Shown here piece by piece: positions 45,406-56,881 of a stretch of 64,000 bases of DNA. Numbering within the stretch: position 1 is the stretch's first letter; every line of letters begins with the position of its first letter. The translations under genes and the position numbers were made by a program. Under the pieces are notes generated by a model. It was not told the origin of the DNA and made no database searches. It saw nothing but the letters and a program-made list of their open reading frames with translations. This DNA comes from Gemmatimonadales bacterium (GTDB lineage: Bacteria; Gemmatimonadota; Gemmatimonadetes; Gemmatimonadales; GWC2-71-9), in contig DATIYM010000020.1 in NCBI GenBank assembly GCA_035517615.1, positions 68,699 through 132,698 of the forward strand, read 5' to 3'.

Positions 45406-48400
45406 GCTGAAGCGCATTCTGTTGCTCGGCTCCGGTCCGATCGTGATCGGACAGGGAGCGGAATTCGATTACTCCGGCACGCAGGCCGTCAAGGCGCTGC
45501 GTGAGGAGGGCTGCACGGTCATTCTCGTGAATTCGAATCCCGCCACGATCATGACCGATCCCGAGCTTGCCGACCGCACCTACATCGAGCCGGTGACGCC
45601 CGAATGGGTTCGCCTCGTGATCGAGCGGGAGCGGCCCGACGCGCTCCTGCCTACGATGGGTGGTCAGACCGCCCTGAACGTCGCGATGGCGCTCTCGCGG
45701 GACGGGACCCTCGAGCGGTTCGGGGTCGAGCTGATCGGTGCCAACGCGCGTGCGATTCAGATGGCCGAGGATCGGGCGGAGTTCGCGGCGGCGATGCGGC
45801 GCATCGGCCTCGCCGTTCCGGCCGGCCAGACGGTCTCCACCGTCGCGCAGGCGCTCGAGGCGGTTGGCGAGCTTGGCTATCCCGCCGTGATCCGTCCATC
45901 GTTCACCCTGGGCGGGACCGGGGGTGGGATCGCGTTCAACCGTGCGGAGTTCGAGGAAGCCGCGGATCGCGCGCTCGAGCTATCGCCGGTGCACACCACG
46001 CTGATCGAGCGCAGCGTGCTCGGGTGGAAGGAATTCGAGCTGGAAGTGATGCGCGACGGTCGCGACAACGTGGTGATCGTCTGCTCGATCGAGAACGTCG
46101 ATCCCATGGGGGTGCACACCGGCGACTCGATCACCGTCGCGCCCGCCATGACGTTGACCGACCGCGAATATCAGCGGATGCGCGACTCGGCCATCGCCAT
46201 CATTCGCGAGATCGGCGTGGAAGCGGGGGGATGCAACATCCAGTTCGCCGTGAATCCCGCGGACGGCGAGATGCTCGTGATCGAAATGAACCCGCGGGTC
46301 TCGCGCAGCTCCGCCCTCGCGTCCAAGGCGACGGGCTTTCCCATCGCGCGCATCGGGACGAAGCTCGCGCTCGGGTATACGCTCGACGAGCTCCCCAACG
46401 ACATCACGCGCACCACGCCCGCGTCGTTCGAGCCCGTGCTCGATTACGTCGTGGTGAAAGTGCCGCGGTTCGCGTTCGAGAAGTTCCCCACGGCCGACTA
46501 CCGGCTCACGACGCAGATGAAATCCGTCGGCGAAGCGATGGCGATCGGTCGCACGTTCAAGGAGGCGTTCCAGAAGGGCCTGCGCGCGCTCGAAGCGGGC
46601 CGGTCGGGATGGGTCACGAGTCAGACACTCGCCGATGACCGGCTCACGAGCGACTCGCCTGAAGACCTGCGGGTCGCGCTCCGCACGCCGACTCCGGAGC
46701 GGGTATTTCAGATCAAGCGCGCGCTCAAGGCGGGCCTGTCCGTCGATGTGATCGCACAAGCGTCCGGCATCGACCCGTGGTTCCTGTACCAGCTCGAGGA
46801 GCTGATCGCGGCGGAAGACTGGTTCCGTCGCCTCGACGTGACTGGCGCGCCGGAACTGAGACGCATGAAGCGGCTGGGCTTTTCCGACGCGCAGCTGGCG
46901 GCGCTCCGCGGCACGACGGAAGCGGAGCTGCGGGAACTGCGCTGGCGCGTGGGCGTGCATCCCGCATACAAGACGGTGGACACCTGCGCTGGGGAATTCC
47001 CGTCGTCTACGCCATACCTCTATTCATCGTATGACGACGAAAACGAATCCGAACCGCTGGGCGACCGCGCGATCGTGATTCTCGGCAGCGGTCCGAATCG
47101 GATCGGGCAGGGAGTGGAGTTCGACTACTGCTGCGTTCGCGCTGCACTCGCGTTCCGGGAGCTCGGCTACCGCACGATCATGATCAACTCGAACCCGGAG
47201 ACGGTTTCGACCGACTTCGACATTTCGGACAAGCTGTATTTCGAGGCGCTCACGCTCGAAGACGTGCTCGAGATCGTCCGCTGGGAGCGGCCCAAAGGCG
47301 TCGTGGTCCAGTTCGGCGGTCAAACGCCGCTCCGGCTCACCAAGCCCCTCGAAGCGGCCGGCGTGTCGATCTTGGGCACGTCGCCGGACGCGATCGATAT
47401 CGCCGAGGATCGTGAGCGGTTCGAGGCGCTGGCCCGACGCCTGGGCGTGAACCAGCCGGCCAACGGCACCGCGCGTTCGGTCGAAGAGGCCGTGAAAATT
47501 GCGAATCGGATTCACTATCCGGTGCTGATTCGTCCGTCCTACGTGCTGGGCGGGCGAGCCATGGAGATCGTGTACGACGAGGGGTTCCTGCGGGACTACT
47601 TTCAGCGCGCGGTGCGCGTGGCGCCCGAGCACCCGGTGCTGATCGATCGCTTCCTGGAAGACGCCTTCGAAGGCGACGTCGACGCCATTTGCGATGGAGA
47701 GCGCTGCGTCATTGGCGGGGTGATGCAGCATATCGAAGATGCCGGGGTCCACTCGGGCGACTCGGCCTGCGTACTCCCCCCCTACCTCATCGGCGACCGT
47801 CAGGTCGAGGAGATGCGGCGCCATACCAAGGCGTTCGCCCGGGCGCTCGGAGTCGTGGGACTCGTGAATGTGCAGTACGCCATCAAGGACGGCGTCATCT
47901 ACGTGCTGGAAGTGAACCCCCGGGCATCGCGAACCGTTCCCTTCGTCAGTAAGGCTACAGGCGTGCCCCTAGCCAAGCTTGCCGCGGCGGTGATGGTCGG
48001 TCGCAGTCTGGACGAACTGGGCCTGCCCGATGACCTTCCCGTCCCGGGGGTGGCGGTCAAGGAGGCGGTGTTCCCGTTCACCAAGCTGCCCGGCGTAGAT
48101 ACGTTGCTCGGGCCGGAAATGCGGTCTACCGGCGAAGTGATGGGGTTCGCCGATAGTTTCGGCATGGCGTTCGCGAAGGCGCAGATTGCCGCGGAAGGAA
48201 GTCTCCCGCTCTCGGGGGCGATATTCGTGACGGTGAATGATTCCGATAAGCCGACCGTCGCGCCCATCGTGCGCCGGTTTCACGAAATGGGATTCCGGAT
48301 TCTCGCCACGGACGGCACGCAGAAGTACCTGCGCGCACGCGGGATCCCCGCCGAGCGGGTCGGGAAAGTCCACGAGGAGCGGCCGAACGCGATCGACTTG

Positions 48401-48685
48401 ATCGTGTCGGGGGAGATTCAGCTGCTCATCAATACGCCGCTCGGCAAGTTCACGCAGGCCGACGATTATGCAATCCGGCGCGCCGCTCTGGTGCACCGTG
48501 TGCCTTATACCACGACGATGTCCGCCGCGAGTGCCGCAAGCGACGCGATCCTCGCGTTGCGTTCGCGGGCGGGCAGCGTGAGGAGTCTCCAGGAATGGCA
48601 CGAAAAAACAGCTCTTCCAAAGCTCGAGGGTCCGGGAAGAACGGTGGCGGGTCTCGGAAACAGGCAGGCCGTCACGGGGCGGTAG
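45389..48685 (+). CDS. carB: Carbamoyl-phosphate synthase large subunit
   Basis: 1098 aa. [30 protein letters not shown]. Two ATP-grasp halves and the MGS-like C-terminal domain. No carA is adjacent. Confidence 0.97.
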
Positions 48686-49626
48686 CGGCCGCGCCGGCCA
48701 AAGCCGCGGCGAAATCCGAGTCGAAGCCCGCGGCCGCGCCGCCGCCGGCGAAAATCAAGTTTCGCGGCAAGATGCTCGAGAACGAGCCGCTGGCCCGGTA
48801 CACCACGTACCGCATCGGCGGTCCGGCGCGCTATCTGCTGACCCCCGGCGAGGTCGAAGACGTCGAGAAAGCGCTGCGATTCGCGGAGGAGAAAGGGGTC
48901 CCCTGGATCGTGCTCGGACTCGGTTCGAACGTGCTCGTGAAGGACGGCGGCTTCCCCGGGCTCGTGATCAAAATGGGCAAGGGGATGGACAAGTTCGAGA
49001 TGAAGGGCGCCACGGCGATCGTCGGCCCGGGCATGCCTACGCCGATTCTCGCGCGGCGGACCGCGGAAGCGGGTTTCGTGGGCGTGGAGCGATTCATCGG
49101 GATTCCGGGAACGGTGGGCGGCGGCGTCTACATGAACGCGGGGGCGCACGGCGCCGAGTTCGCGGAGGTCGTCACCGAGGTGACGGTGATGGATCCCAAG
49201 GGCAAGATCAAGCAGCTCGCCCGCAAACAGATTCCGTTCAAGTATCGCACGAGCGGCCTGGGCCAGGTGATCGTGCTCGAGGCGAAACTCGGGCTCGGCG
49301 AGGAGGTGCCCGCGAAGTTGAAAGAGATTCAAAGCCGCCTGTTGCGGTGGCGCAAGGCGGGGACGCCGTTCGACCAGCCGTGTTGCGGGTCGGTGTTCAA
49401 AAATCCGTCTGCGACGAGGACGGCGGGAATGCTCATCGAGGAAGCCGGCCTGAAGGGCTTCCGGATCGGCGGGGCGCACGTATCGATCCTGCATGCGAAT
49501 TACATCGTGAACACCGGGAACGCGACTGGATCTGACGTGCTCAAGGTCATCGATCACGTGCGCAAGACCGTGTCGAAAAAGCTGGACGTGGAGCTCGAGC
49601 TTGAAGTGAAAGTGATCGGCGTCTGA
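48595..49626 (+). CDS. murB: UDP-N-acetylenolpyruvoylglucosamine reductase with a basic Lys/Ala/Pro-rich N-terminal extension
   Basis: The MurB core begins at [21 protein letters not shown] (about nt 48778). Codons 48686-48771 have high third-position GC in this frame, and the only in-frame start upstream of ATG 48772 is ATG 48595 (AGGAG upstream). That start overlaps the carB tail by 91 nt. Confidence 0.8.
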   Translation: MARKNSSSKARGSGKNGGGSRKQAGRHGAVAAAPAKAAAKSESKPAAAPPPAKIKFRGKMLENEPLARYTTYRIGGPARYLLTPGEVEDVEKALRFAEEKGVPWIVLGLGSNVLVKDGGFPGLVIKMGKGMDKFEMKGATAIVGPGMPTPILARRTAEAGFVGVERFIGIPGTVGGGVYMNAGAHGAEFAEVVTEVTVMDPKGKIKQLARKQIPFKYRTSGLGQVIVLEAKLGLGEEVPAKLKEIQSRLLRWRKAGTPFDQPCCGSVFKNPSATRTAGMLIEEAGLKGFRIGGAHVSILHANYIVNTGNATGSDVLKVIDHVRKTVSKKLDVELELEVKVIGV

Positions 49627-49628
49627 GC

Positions 49629-50249
49629 GTGGCCGCTCGGGATTATTTCGTGCACGAGTCGAGCTACGTCGACGACGGCGCCCAGATCGGGTCGGGCACG
49701 AAAATCTGGCATTTCTGCCATGTCATGCCGAGGGCGGTGATCGGGGAACGCTGCAATCTGGGCCAGAACGTGGTCGTCATGCCGGGCGCGCGGCTCGGCA
49801 ACAACGTGAAGGTCCAGAACAACGTCTCGATCTACGAAGGGGTCGAGCTCGAAGACGACGTATTCTGCGGCCCATCCTGTGTCTTTACGAATGTGCGCAC
49901 CCCGAGAAGCCACGTCTCGCGCAAACACGTCTACGAGCACACGCTCGTGCGCCGCGGCGCCGCGATCGGGGCGAATGCCACGATCGTCTGCGGGGTCACG
50001 CTCGGGGAGTACGCGTTTATCGGTGCGGGCGCCGTGGTCACGTCGGACGTGCCGGGTTTCGCGTTGATGGTGGGCGTGCCCGCACGCCGGGTGGGGTGGA
50101 TGTGCCAGTGCGGCGAGCAGCTGCGGCTCGCGTCCGGAGCGGCGACTTGTGCCGTCTGCGGGGCGCGCTACGCCGAGAGCGCGGGAACGCTGCGGCAGAC
50201 CGCGCCTCCGGTACAACCCGCCGCCATCGCCGGCCGGTCGGCCGGCTAG
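49629..50249 (+). CDS. wbpD: Left-handed beta-helix N-acetyltransferase, WbpD/WlbB-like (UDP-2-acetamido-3-amino-2,3-dideoxy-glucuronate N-acetyltransferase)
   Basis: [19 protein letters not shown]...[28 protein letters not shown]...[19 protein letters not shown]...[19 protein letters not shown] closely parallels P. aeruginosa WbpD. Confidence 0.8.
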   Translation: MAARDYFVHESSYVDDGAQIGSGTKIWHFCHVMPRAVIGERCNLGQNVVVMPGARLGNNVKVQNNVSIYEGVELEDDVFCGPSCVFTNVRTPRSHVSRKHVYEHTLVRRGAAIGANATIVCGVTLGEYAFIGAGAVVTSDVPGFALMVGVPARRVGWMCQCGEQLRLASGAATCAVCGARYAESAGTLRQTAPPVQPAAIAGRSAG

Positions 50250-50259
50250 CGCACCCCTG

Positions 50260-51378
50260 GTGAACGTTCCGCTGCTCGATCTCGTCGCGCAGTACCGCTC
50301 GATACGAGACGAGGTCCTTCCGGCGCTTCAGGCGGTCATCGAATCGCAGCAGTTCATCATGGGTCCCGCCGTGGGACAGCTCGAGACCGCCGTCGCGGCG
50401 CTGTCGCACGCGCGGTTCGGGATTGCGTGCGCCAGCGGGACCGACGCGTTGCTCCTGCCGCTCAAGGCGCTTCAGTTCGTTGCCGGCGACGAGGTCATCA
50501 CTACGCCGTTCACGTTCTTCGCCACCGCGGGGGCGATCCACAACGCGGGCGGCCGGCCCGTGTTCGTGGACATCGAGCCGGATACGTTCAATCTCGATCC
50601 GCGAGCGGTGGACGCCGCCGTCACCCCGCGGACCCGCGTGATCCTTCCCGTTCACCTCTACGGACAAATGGCGGCGATGGAGCGCGTGCTCGCGACGGCG
50701 AGCCGCGCGGGCGGAGTGAAGGTGCTGGAAGACGCCGCCCAGGCGATCGGCGCGCGCCGCTCGATCGACGGCGAGTGGCGGATGGCGGGTGAGCTTGGCT
50801 GGGTCACCGGGTATTCGTTCTTTCCGAGCAAGAATCTGGGCGCCTGGGGCGACGCGGGGATGATGGTCACTTCGGACGAACGTACGGCCGAGCGGCTGCG
50901 CAAACTGCGCCTGCATGGCGGCGCCAAGCAATATCACCATGAGGAAGTGGGCACCAACTCCCGGCTCGACACGATGCAGGCCGCGGTGCTGCTGGCCAAG
51001 CTGCCGCATCTCGCGGCTTGGTCGGCCCGGCGCCGCGAGCATGCCGCCTACTACAGCGCCGCGCTTCAGGACGTGGCGGGCGTGCGGCCTCCGGTGATTG
51101 CCGCGAATAACGAGCACATCTTTCATCAGTACACGCTGCGCGTGGAGCGCCGCGATCAGCTGCAGGAGCATCTCAAGGCGCGCGGCATCGGCAGCGCGGT
51201 CTACTATCCGCTGCCCCTGCACCTGCAGCCCTGCTTCGCGGATCTGGGCTATCGCCGTGGACAATTCCCCGAGGCGGAGCGCGCAGCGGCCGACGTGCTG
51301 TCGCTGCCCGTTTATCCCGAGCTCACGCGCGCGCAGCTCGACTACGTGATCGACGCGATCGCGGGCTTCTACGCATGA
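50260..51378 (+). CDS. wbpE: DegT/DnrJ/EryC1-family PLP aminotransferase, WbpE-like
   Basis: Start moved to GTG 50260 (VNVPLLDLVAQYRSI). FFPSKNLGAWGDAG (PLP lysine). NSRLDTMQAAVL. Confidence 0.8.
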   Translation: MNVPLLDLVAQYRSIRDEVLPALQAVIESQQFIMGPAVGQLETAVAALSHARFGIACASGTDALLLPLKALQFVAGDEVITTPFTFFATAGAIHNAGGRPVFVDIEPDTFNLDPRAVDAAVTPRTRVILPVHLYGQMAAMERVLATASRAGGVKVLEDAAQAIGARRSIDGEWRMAGELGWVTGYSFFPSKNLGAWGDAGMMVTSDERTAERLRKLRLHGGAKQYHHEEVGTNSRLDTMQAAVLLAKLPHLAAWSARRREHAAYYSAALQDVAGVRPPVIAANNEHIFHQYTLRVERRDQLQEHLKARGIGSAVYYPLPLHLQPCFADLGYRRGQFPEAERAAADVLSLPVYPELTRAQLDYVIDAIAGFYA

Positions 51379-52385
51379 GCCGGATTCGTCTGGGCGTGGT
51401 CGGGGCGGGCGCGTGGGGGCGGAATCATGTGCGCACGGTGGCGGCGCTGGCGGAGGCTGAGCTTGCCGGCGTGTGCGACACCGATGCGAAAGTCCGGGAA
51501 CGCGTGGCGCGGGCGTACCCGGGAGTGTTCGTCACGAGCGAGTTGCCGGCGCTGCTCGAGCGGGTTGACGGCGTCGTGATTGCCTCGCCGGCCACGACCC
51601 ATGCTAGCGTGGCGCTCGCGTGTATCGCGCACGGCACGCCGTGCCTGGTCGAGAAGCCATTCGCGCTCTCGGCCGCCGATGCGGCACGCGTGGCGCGCGA
51701 GGCTGCGGCGCAGCATACGCCCGTTGTGGCGGGCCACTTACTCCTGTTTCATCCGGCGATCGAGCGGCTGCGTTCATTGCTCGACGCGGGCGAGCTTGGT
51801 AAGATCTTTTACCTGTACGGGTTACGGGTTAACCTCGGCCAGGTTCGGGCCGACGAAAATGCGCTGTGGAGCTTCGGTCCGCACGATGTGTCTGTGGCAC
51901 TCTACTTGCTCGGCGAGACTCCAGTCCGGGTAGCCGCGCAAGGCCGAGGCTATCTCCAGCCCAAGGTCGAAGACGTCGTCTTCGTCACTATGGATTTTGC
52001 GAGCGGTGTGCTGGGCCAAATGCAGCTATCGTGGCTCGACCCGCACAAGGAGCGAAAACTCACCGTGGTTGGGGCGCGCAAGATGGTCGTGTTCGACGAC
52101 ATGGAGGCGCGGGAAAAGCTGCGCATCTATGATAAGGGCGTGGACCGGCCGCCCGAGTACCGTTCCTACGGTGAAAGCCTCGCGATTCGCGAAGGTGACA
52201 TTTTCATCCCCAAGATTCCCAATGTCGAGCCGCTCGCGGCGGAGCTGGCGCATTTCGTCCGAGTGGTCCAGCGCGCGGAGCCGCCCCGGCCCGGCGCGGC
52301 CGCGGAAGACGCCGTGCACGTCGTGCGGGTGCTCGAAGCCGCGACGCGTTCGCTTGCACGCGGAGGAGTTCCAGAGGCCGTATGA
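51375..52385 (+). CDS. wbpB: Gfo/Idh/MocA-family oxidoreductase, WbpB-like
   Basis: IRLGVVGAGAWGRNHVR Rossmann motif and CLVEKPFA. Sits between the wbpE-like and wbpA-like genes. Confidence 0.75.
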   Translation: MSRIRLGVVGAGAWGRNHVRTVAALAEAELAGVCDTDAKVRERVARAYPGVFVTSELPALLERVDGVVIASPATTHASVALACIAHGTPCLVEKPFALSAADAARVAREAAAQHTPVVAGHLLLFHPAIERLRSLLDAGELGKIFYLYGLRVNLGQVRADENALWSFGPHDVSVALYLLGETPVRVAAQGRGYLQPKVEDVVFVTMDFASGVLGQMQLSWLDPHKERKLTVVGARKMVVFDDMEAREKLRIYDKGVDRPPEYRSYGESLAIREGDIFIPKIPNVEPLAAELAHFVRVVQRAEPPRPGAAAEDAVHVVRVLEAATRSLARGGVPEAV

Positions 52386-53737
52386 GTTCTGCTTCTGCCC
52401 CCGCAGTGATGGCACAGTCCCCGAGTGATGTGTTGCTCACGAAAGCTCACGATCATACGGCGCTGATCGGGATTGTCGGGCTGGGCTACGTGGGACTTCC
52501 GCTGGCGATGGAGTTTGCGCGCGCCGGATTTCGCGTGCTCGGATTCGACGTGAGTACCCGGGTGGTCGACGGCCTCAACGCCGGGCGCTCGCACGTCCAG
52601 GACGTTCCGTCGGCCGACCTCGCGCGCTGGACCAGCGCGCGGCAATTCACCGCCACCACGGACCTGCTGCGTCTGAAAGAGCCGGACGTCGTATCGATCT
52701 GCGTTCCCACGCCGCTCTCCAAGACCAAGGACCCGGACGTCAGCTACGTGCTCGCGGCAACCGAGTCCGTCAAGCAGACGCTCCGGCGCGGCCAGCTGAT
52801 CGCACTCGAATCGACCACGTACCCGGGGACGACACGGGAACTGATGCTGCCCGCGCTCGAGAGCACCGGTCTCAAGGTGGGAGTCGATTTCTTCCTCGCG
52901 TTTTCGCCCGAGCGCGTGGATCCCGGCAATCCGAAGTGGAACACGCACAATACCCCCAAGGTCGTGGGCGGCATTACCGAGGCGTGCCGCCGCGTGGCCA
53001 TGGCGGTCTACCAGCCGGCCATCGAGCGCCTCGTCCCCGTCTCGTCCACGGAGGCCGCGGAGCTCGTCAAGATTCTCGAGAACACGTTCCGCTCGGTGAA
53101 TATCGGGCTCGTCAATGAGATGGCGATCGTGTGCGACAAGCTCGGCGTGAACGTGTGGGAAGTCATCGACGCGGCCGCCACGAAGCCGTTCGGGTTCATG
53201 AAGTTCACGCCGGGTCCGGGCGTGGGCGGTCACTGCATTCCGCTGGATCCGCATTACCTCGCGTGGAAGATGCGGACCCTGAACTACCGCACCCGCTTCA
53301 TCGAGCTCGCGGGCGAGATCAACGCCGCGATGCCGGAGTACTGGGTCGGACGCGTGGTGGACCACCTGAACGAGCACGGCAAAGCCGCGCGCGGCAGCCG
53401 CGTGCTCGTGTTGGGCGTCGCCTACAAGAAGGATATCGGCGATATCCGCGAGAGCCCCGCGCTCGACGTGGTGCGGCTCTTGGAACGCCGCGGCGCCGTG
53501 GTCTCCTACCACGACCCCCACGTCGCCGTCCTCAAGGAAGAGGATATCGACCTCAAGTCCGTGCCGTTGAACGCGCAGACGCTCGAGGCCGTGGATTGCG
53601 TGATCATCGTGACTGATCACGCGGGAGTGGATTACGGTCTCGTGGCCCGACACGCGAAGGTCGTGGTCGACACGCGGAATGCGCTCCCGCGTTCGCGCCG
53701 GGATGGCGGCGCCGACGGCGGAGGAACGAGCGCGTGA
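52382..53737 (+). CDS. wbpA: UDP-N-acetyl-D-hexosamine 6-dehydrogenase (WbpA/WecC-like nucleotide-sugar dehydrogenase)
   Basis: IGIVGLGYVGLPLAMEFA. GVGGHCIPLDP catalytic Cys. LGVAYKKDIGDIRESPA. Confidence 0.85.
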   Translation: MSSASAPAVMAQSPSDVLLTKAHDHTALIGIVGLGYVGLPLAMEFARAGFRVLGFDVSTRVVDGLNAGRSHVQDVPSADLARWTSARQFTATTDLLRLKEPDVVSICVPTPLSKTKDPDVSYVLAATESVKQTLRRGQLIALESTTYPGTTRELMLPALESTGLKVGVDFFLAFSPERVDPGNPKWNTHNTPKVVGGITEACRRVAMAVYQPAIERLVPVSSTEAAELVKILENTFRSVNIGLVNEMAIVCDKLGVNVWEVIDAAATKPFGFMKFTPGPGVGGHCIPLDPHYLAWKMRTLNYRTRFIELAGEINAAMPEYWVGRVVDHLNEHGKAARGSRVLVLGVAYKKDIGDIRESPALDVVRLLERRGAVVSYHDPHVAVLKEEDIDLKSVPLNAQTLEAVDCVIIVTDHAGVDYGLVARHAKVVVDTRNALPRSRRDGGADGGGTSA

Positions 53738-55053
53738 AGGTTGCCGTTGTCGGAACGGGGTATGTCGGGCTCGTGGTTGGTTCCTGCCTCGCGGAGACCG
53801 GCAACGATGTCATCTGCGCCGATCTCGATGCGGGGAAGATCGCGAACCTGCGGGAGAATCGGCTGCCCATCTACGAACCGGGGCTCGAGCCGATCGTCAT
53901 CCGAAACCAGCGGGTGGGGCGGCTCCAGTTTACCACCGACATCGGAACGGCCATCGAGCGATCGGATGTGATCTTCATCGCGGTCGGGACGCCCCAGGAC
54001 GAGGATGGCTCGGCCGATCTCCAGCATGTGCTCGATGTGGCGCGGGCCATCGGTCGTCACATGAACGGCGCCAAGACGATTGTCACGAAGAGCACGGTTC
54101 CGGTCGGTACGGCGGAGCGGGTGCGGGCGGAGATCGCCCGTCTCACGAAGTGCCCGTTTCACATCTGCTCCAACCCGGAGTTCTTGAAGGAAGGGGCCGC
54201 GGTCGAAGACTTCATGAAGCCCGACCGGGTGGTCATCGGGGTCGACTCTCCCGAAGCGAGCCAGATCATGGGCGAGCTGTACGCGCCGTTCGTCCGCACC
54301 GGCAATCCGATCATCTTCATGGATATCCCCTCGGCCGAGATGACCAAGTACGCGGCGAACGCGATGCTCGCGACCCGCATCTCGTTCATGAATCAGATCG
54401 CGCAGCTGTGCGAAGTCGCGGGCGCCGACGTGACTCGCGTACGCAAGGGGCTGGGGACGGATCGCCGGATCGGGCCCGCATTCCTGTTCCCAGGGCCCGG
54501 GTACGGGGGCTCGTGCTTTCCCAAGGACGTGCAAGCGCTGATCCGGACCGGGGAGGAGCGCGGCGTACCGCTCGAGATCCTGAGGGCGGTCGAATCGGCC
54601 AACCAACGGCAGAAACTCGTGCTGTTCGAAAAGCTGCAGCGCCACTTCAATGGCTCGCTCGCCGGATCGACGATTGCGGTCTGGGGGCTCGCGTTCAAGG
54701 CCGAGACCGACGACGTACGCGAAAGCCCGGCGCTGGTGCTCATCGAGGCGTTGCTCGAGGCCGGCGCGAAAGTCCGGGTCCACGATCCCGCGGCGATCGA
54801 GTCCGCCCGGCGTCACCTCCAACATCGCGTGGTATACGCCGCCCATGCCTACGAGGCGCTGGAAGGCGCCACGGCGCTCGCGATCCTGACTGAATGGCTC
54901 GAGTACCGCAATCCTGACTTCGACCGCATCAGAGGGCTGCTCTCGCGTCCCCTGATCGTCGACGGGCGGAATCTCTATGATCCGGACCGCATGGCCCGAC
55001 TGGGATTCACCTACGACAGTATCGGACGGCGACTCGCGTGCGCCTCCTCGTAA
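53734..55053 (+). CDS. ugd: UDP-glucose 6-dehydrogenase
   Basis: [62 protein letters not shown]. Confidence 0.9.
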   Translation: MKVAVVGTGYVGLVVGSCLAETGNDVICADLDAGKIANLRENRLPIYEPGLEPIVIRNQRVGRLQFTTDIGTAIERSDVIFIAVGTPQDEDGSADLQHVLDVARAIGRHMNGAKTIVTKSTVPVGTAERVRAEIARLTKCPFHICSNPEFLKEGAAVEDFMKPDRVVIGVDSPEASQIMGELYAPFVRTGNPIIFMDIPSAEMTKYAANAMLATRISFMNQIAQLCEVAGADVTRVRKGLGTDRRIGPAFLFPGPGYGGSCFPKDVQALIRTGEERGVPLEILRAVESANQRQKLVLFEKLQRHFNGSLAGSTIAVWGLAFKAETDDVRESPALVLIEALLEAGAKVRVHDPAAIESARRHLQHRVVYAAHAYEALEGATALAILTEWLEYRNPDFDRIRGLLSRPLIVDGRNLYDPDRMARLGFTYDSIGRRLACASS

Positions 55054-55970
55054 CCGGCGCCGCGGGATTTCTCGGGTCGCATCTCTGCGACCGCTTGATT
55101 GCCGCCGGGCACCGCGTAGTGGGGGTAGACAACTTCATCACGGGATCGCAGGCCAATCTCGCCCACCTGAAGCACAATCCGAATTTTCAGTTCGTGGTGC
55201 ACGACGTCACCAACTTCATCGATGTCTCGGGTCCACTCGACGGCGTGTTGCACTTCGCGAGCCCCGCGAGTCCGGTGGACTACCTGGAGTATCCGATTCA
55301 GACGCTCAAAGTGGGCTCGCTGGGCACGTACCGGGGCCTCGGGTTATCCAAGGCGAAGAACGCGAGGTTCCTGCTGGCCTCGACCTCCGAGGTGTACGGC
55401 GACCCGCTGGTGCATCCGCAGCCTGAGAGCTATTGGGGTAACGTCAATCCCGTGGGTCCGCGCGGCGTGTACGACGAAGCCAAACGCTTCGCCGAGGCCA
55501 TGACGATGGCATACCATCGCTTCCACGGCGTCGACACGCGCATCGTGCGGATCTTCAACACCTATGGGCCGCGCATGCGGCCCCACGATGGACGGGTGGT
55601 CTCGAACTTCATCGTACAGGCGTTGCAGGGCGAGCCGCTCACCGTCTACGGCGACGGGTCGCAAACCCGCTCGTTCTGTTATGTCGACGATCTCATCGAC
55701 GGGATCGTGCGGTTGTTCGAACGCGGCGAGGCCGAGCCCACCAACATCGGGAACCCGAACGAGTTTACCGTTCGGCAGTTGGCGGAACAGGTCCTCCGGC
55801 TCACGGGTTCACGGAGCCAGATCGTCGAGCGTCCCCTGCCCACCGACGATCCCAAAGTCCGCAAACCCGATATCCGGCGCGCCTGCACGACGCTGGGATG
55901 GGAGCCCCGTGTGGCGCTCGAGGAGGGTCTCACGCGGACCATCGAGTATTTCCGAACCACAATTCGCTAA
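55038..55970 (+). CDS. uxs: UDP-glucuronate decarboxylase (UDP-xylose synthase)
   Basis: [49 protein letters not shown]. Confidence 0.9.
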   Translation: MRLLVTGAAGFLGSHLCDRLIAAGHRVVGVDNFITGSQANLAHLKHNPNFQFVVHDVTNFIDVSGPLDGVLHFASPASPVDYLEYPIQTLKVGSLGTYRGLGLSKAKNARFLLASTSEVYGDPLVHPQPESYWGNVNPVGPRGVYDEAKRFAEAMTMAYHRFHGVDTRIVRIFNTYGPRMRPHDGRVVSNFIVQALQGEPLTVYGDGSQTRSFCYVDDLIDGIVRLFERGEAEPTNIGNPNEFTVRQLAEQVLRLTGSRSQIVERPLPTDDPKVRKPDIRRACTTLGWEPRVALEEGLTRTIEYFRTTIR

Positions 55971-56074
55971 AAGTTCCACGCCGACCTTCGGGGCTCTCGC
56001 CCGGCAGGCCATTCGTTCCGCCATTCCCTGTCTATATTAGAACCGGCCTTTTCGGCACGGGATGAGGCGTACCA

Positions 56075-56881
56075 ATGGACGTGAGCCCCGAACACCTCGT
56101 CGAGCAAGCGCTGGAACGGTTCCAGCTGCAGGACTACTATGGTGCCATCCACCTTCTCGAAGAGGTGGTCGCCACCGGCCGCGCATTTGCCGACGCGCAT
56201 CATTTGCTGGGATTGTCGTATTCGCTGGTCGGCCAGTCGGAACAGGCGCTCTCGCAATTCGATCGCGCGCTCGAGCTCAATCCGCGCTACGTCGAAGCGC
56301 TGATTCATCGCGCCATCGTCCTGAACGAGGTGGGGCGGGAGGACGAAGCCGACGCCATGTTGCGGCGGGCGGCCCACGCGGGGGCCGAGTACCGCCAGGG
56401 CTTTCCGGCGCACGTCGCCGCAAAGCTCGCAAACCAGCACGCCGCGCTGGCGGACGCGTATGTCGAGGCTGGCGGCCTCAACCAGGCCGTCGGCCAGTAC
56501 CGGGAAGCGCTCGATCTTGGACCATCGTTCCACGATTTGAGGTATAAGCTCGGGCGCGTGCTCCTCGAGGCGGGACGAGCACTCGATGCGCGGGACGAAT
56601 TCACCGCGATCGTGCGCGAACGGCCCAGTTATCTCGACGCCGCCGCCATGCTGGGTCTCGCGTGCTACCTCGCCGGCGACGGACTGTCGGCGCGCGCCGT
56701 CTGGGAGGAATGCCGCGAACGGCATCCCGAAGACCCGCGGGTGGAAGCCTATCTCGCCATGTTGGCCCGGAGTGACGAAGCCCCTCCCACGGTGGCCGCC
56801 GGTCACGGGGCTCCGCGCGCCGGGAATGGGGGCGGCGGACCGCTCCACTCGCCGAAGGGACCGCGCAGGAACACGCCGTGA
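56075..56881 (+). CDS. TPR-repeat protein
   Basis: Repeated TPR-like units (YYGAIHLLEEVV..., AHHLLGLSYSLVGQSEQALSQFDRALELNPRYVEAL). Confidence 0.65.
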   Translation: MDVSPEHLVEQALERFQLQDYYGAIHLLEEVVATGRAFADAHHLLGLSYSLVGQSEQALSQFDRALELNPRYVEALIHRAIVLNEVGREDEADAMLRRAAHAGAEYRQGFPAHVAAKLANQHAALADAYVEAGGLNQAVGQYREALDLGPSFHDLRYKLGRVLLEAGRALDARDEFTAIVRERPSYLDAAAMLGLACYLAGDGLSARAVWEECRERHPEDPRVEAYLAMLARSDEAPPTVAAGHGAPRAGNGGGGPLHSPKGPRRNTP

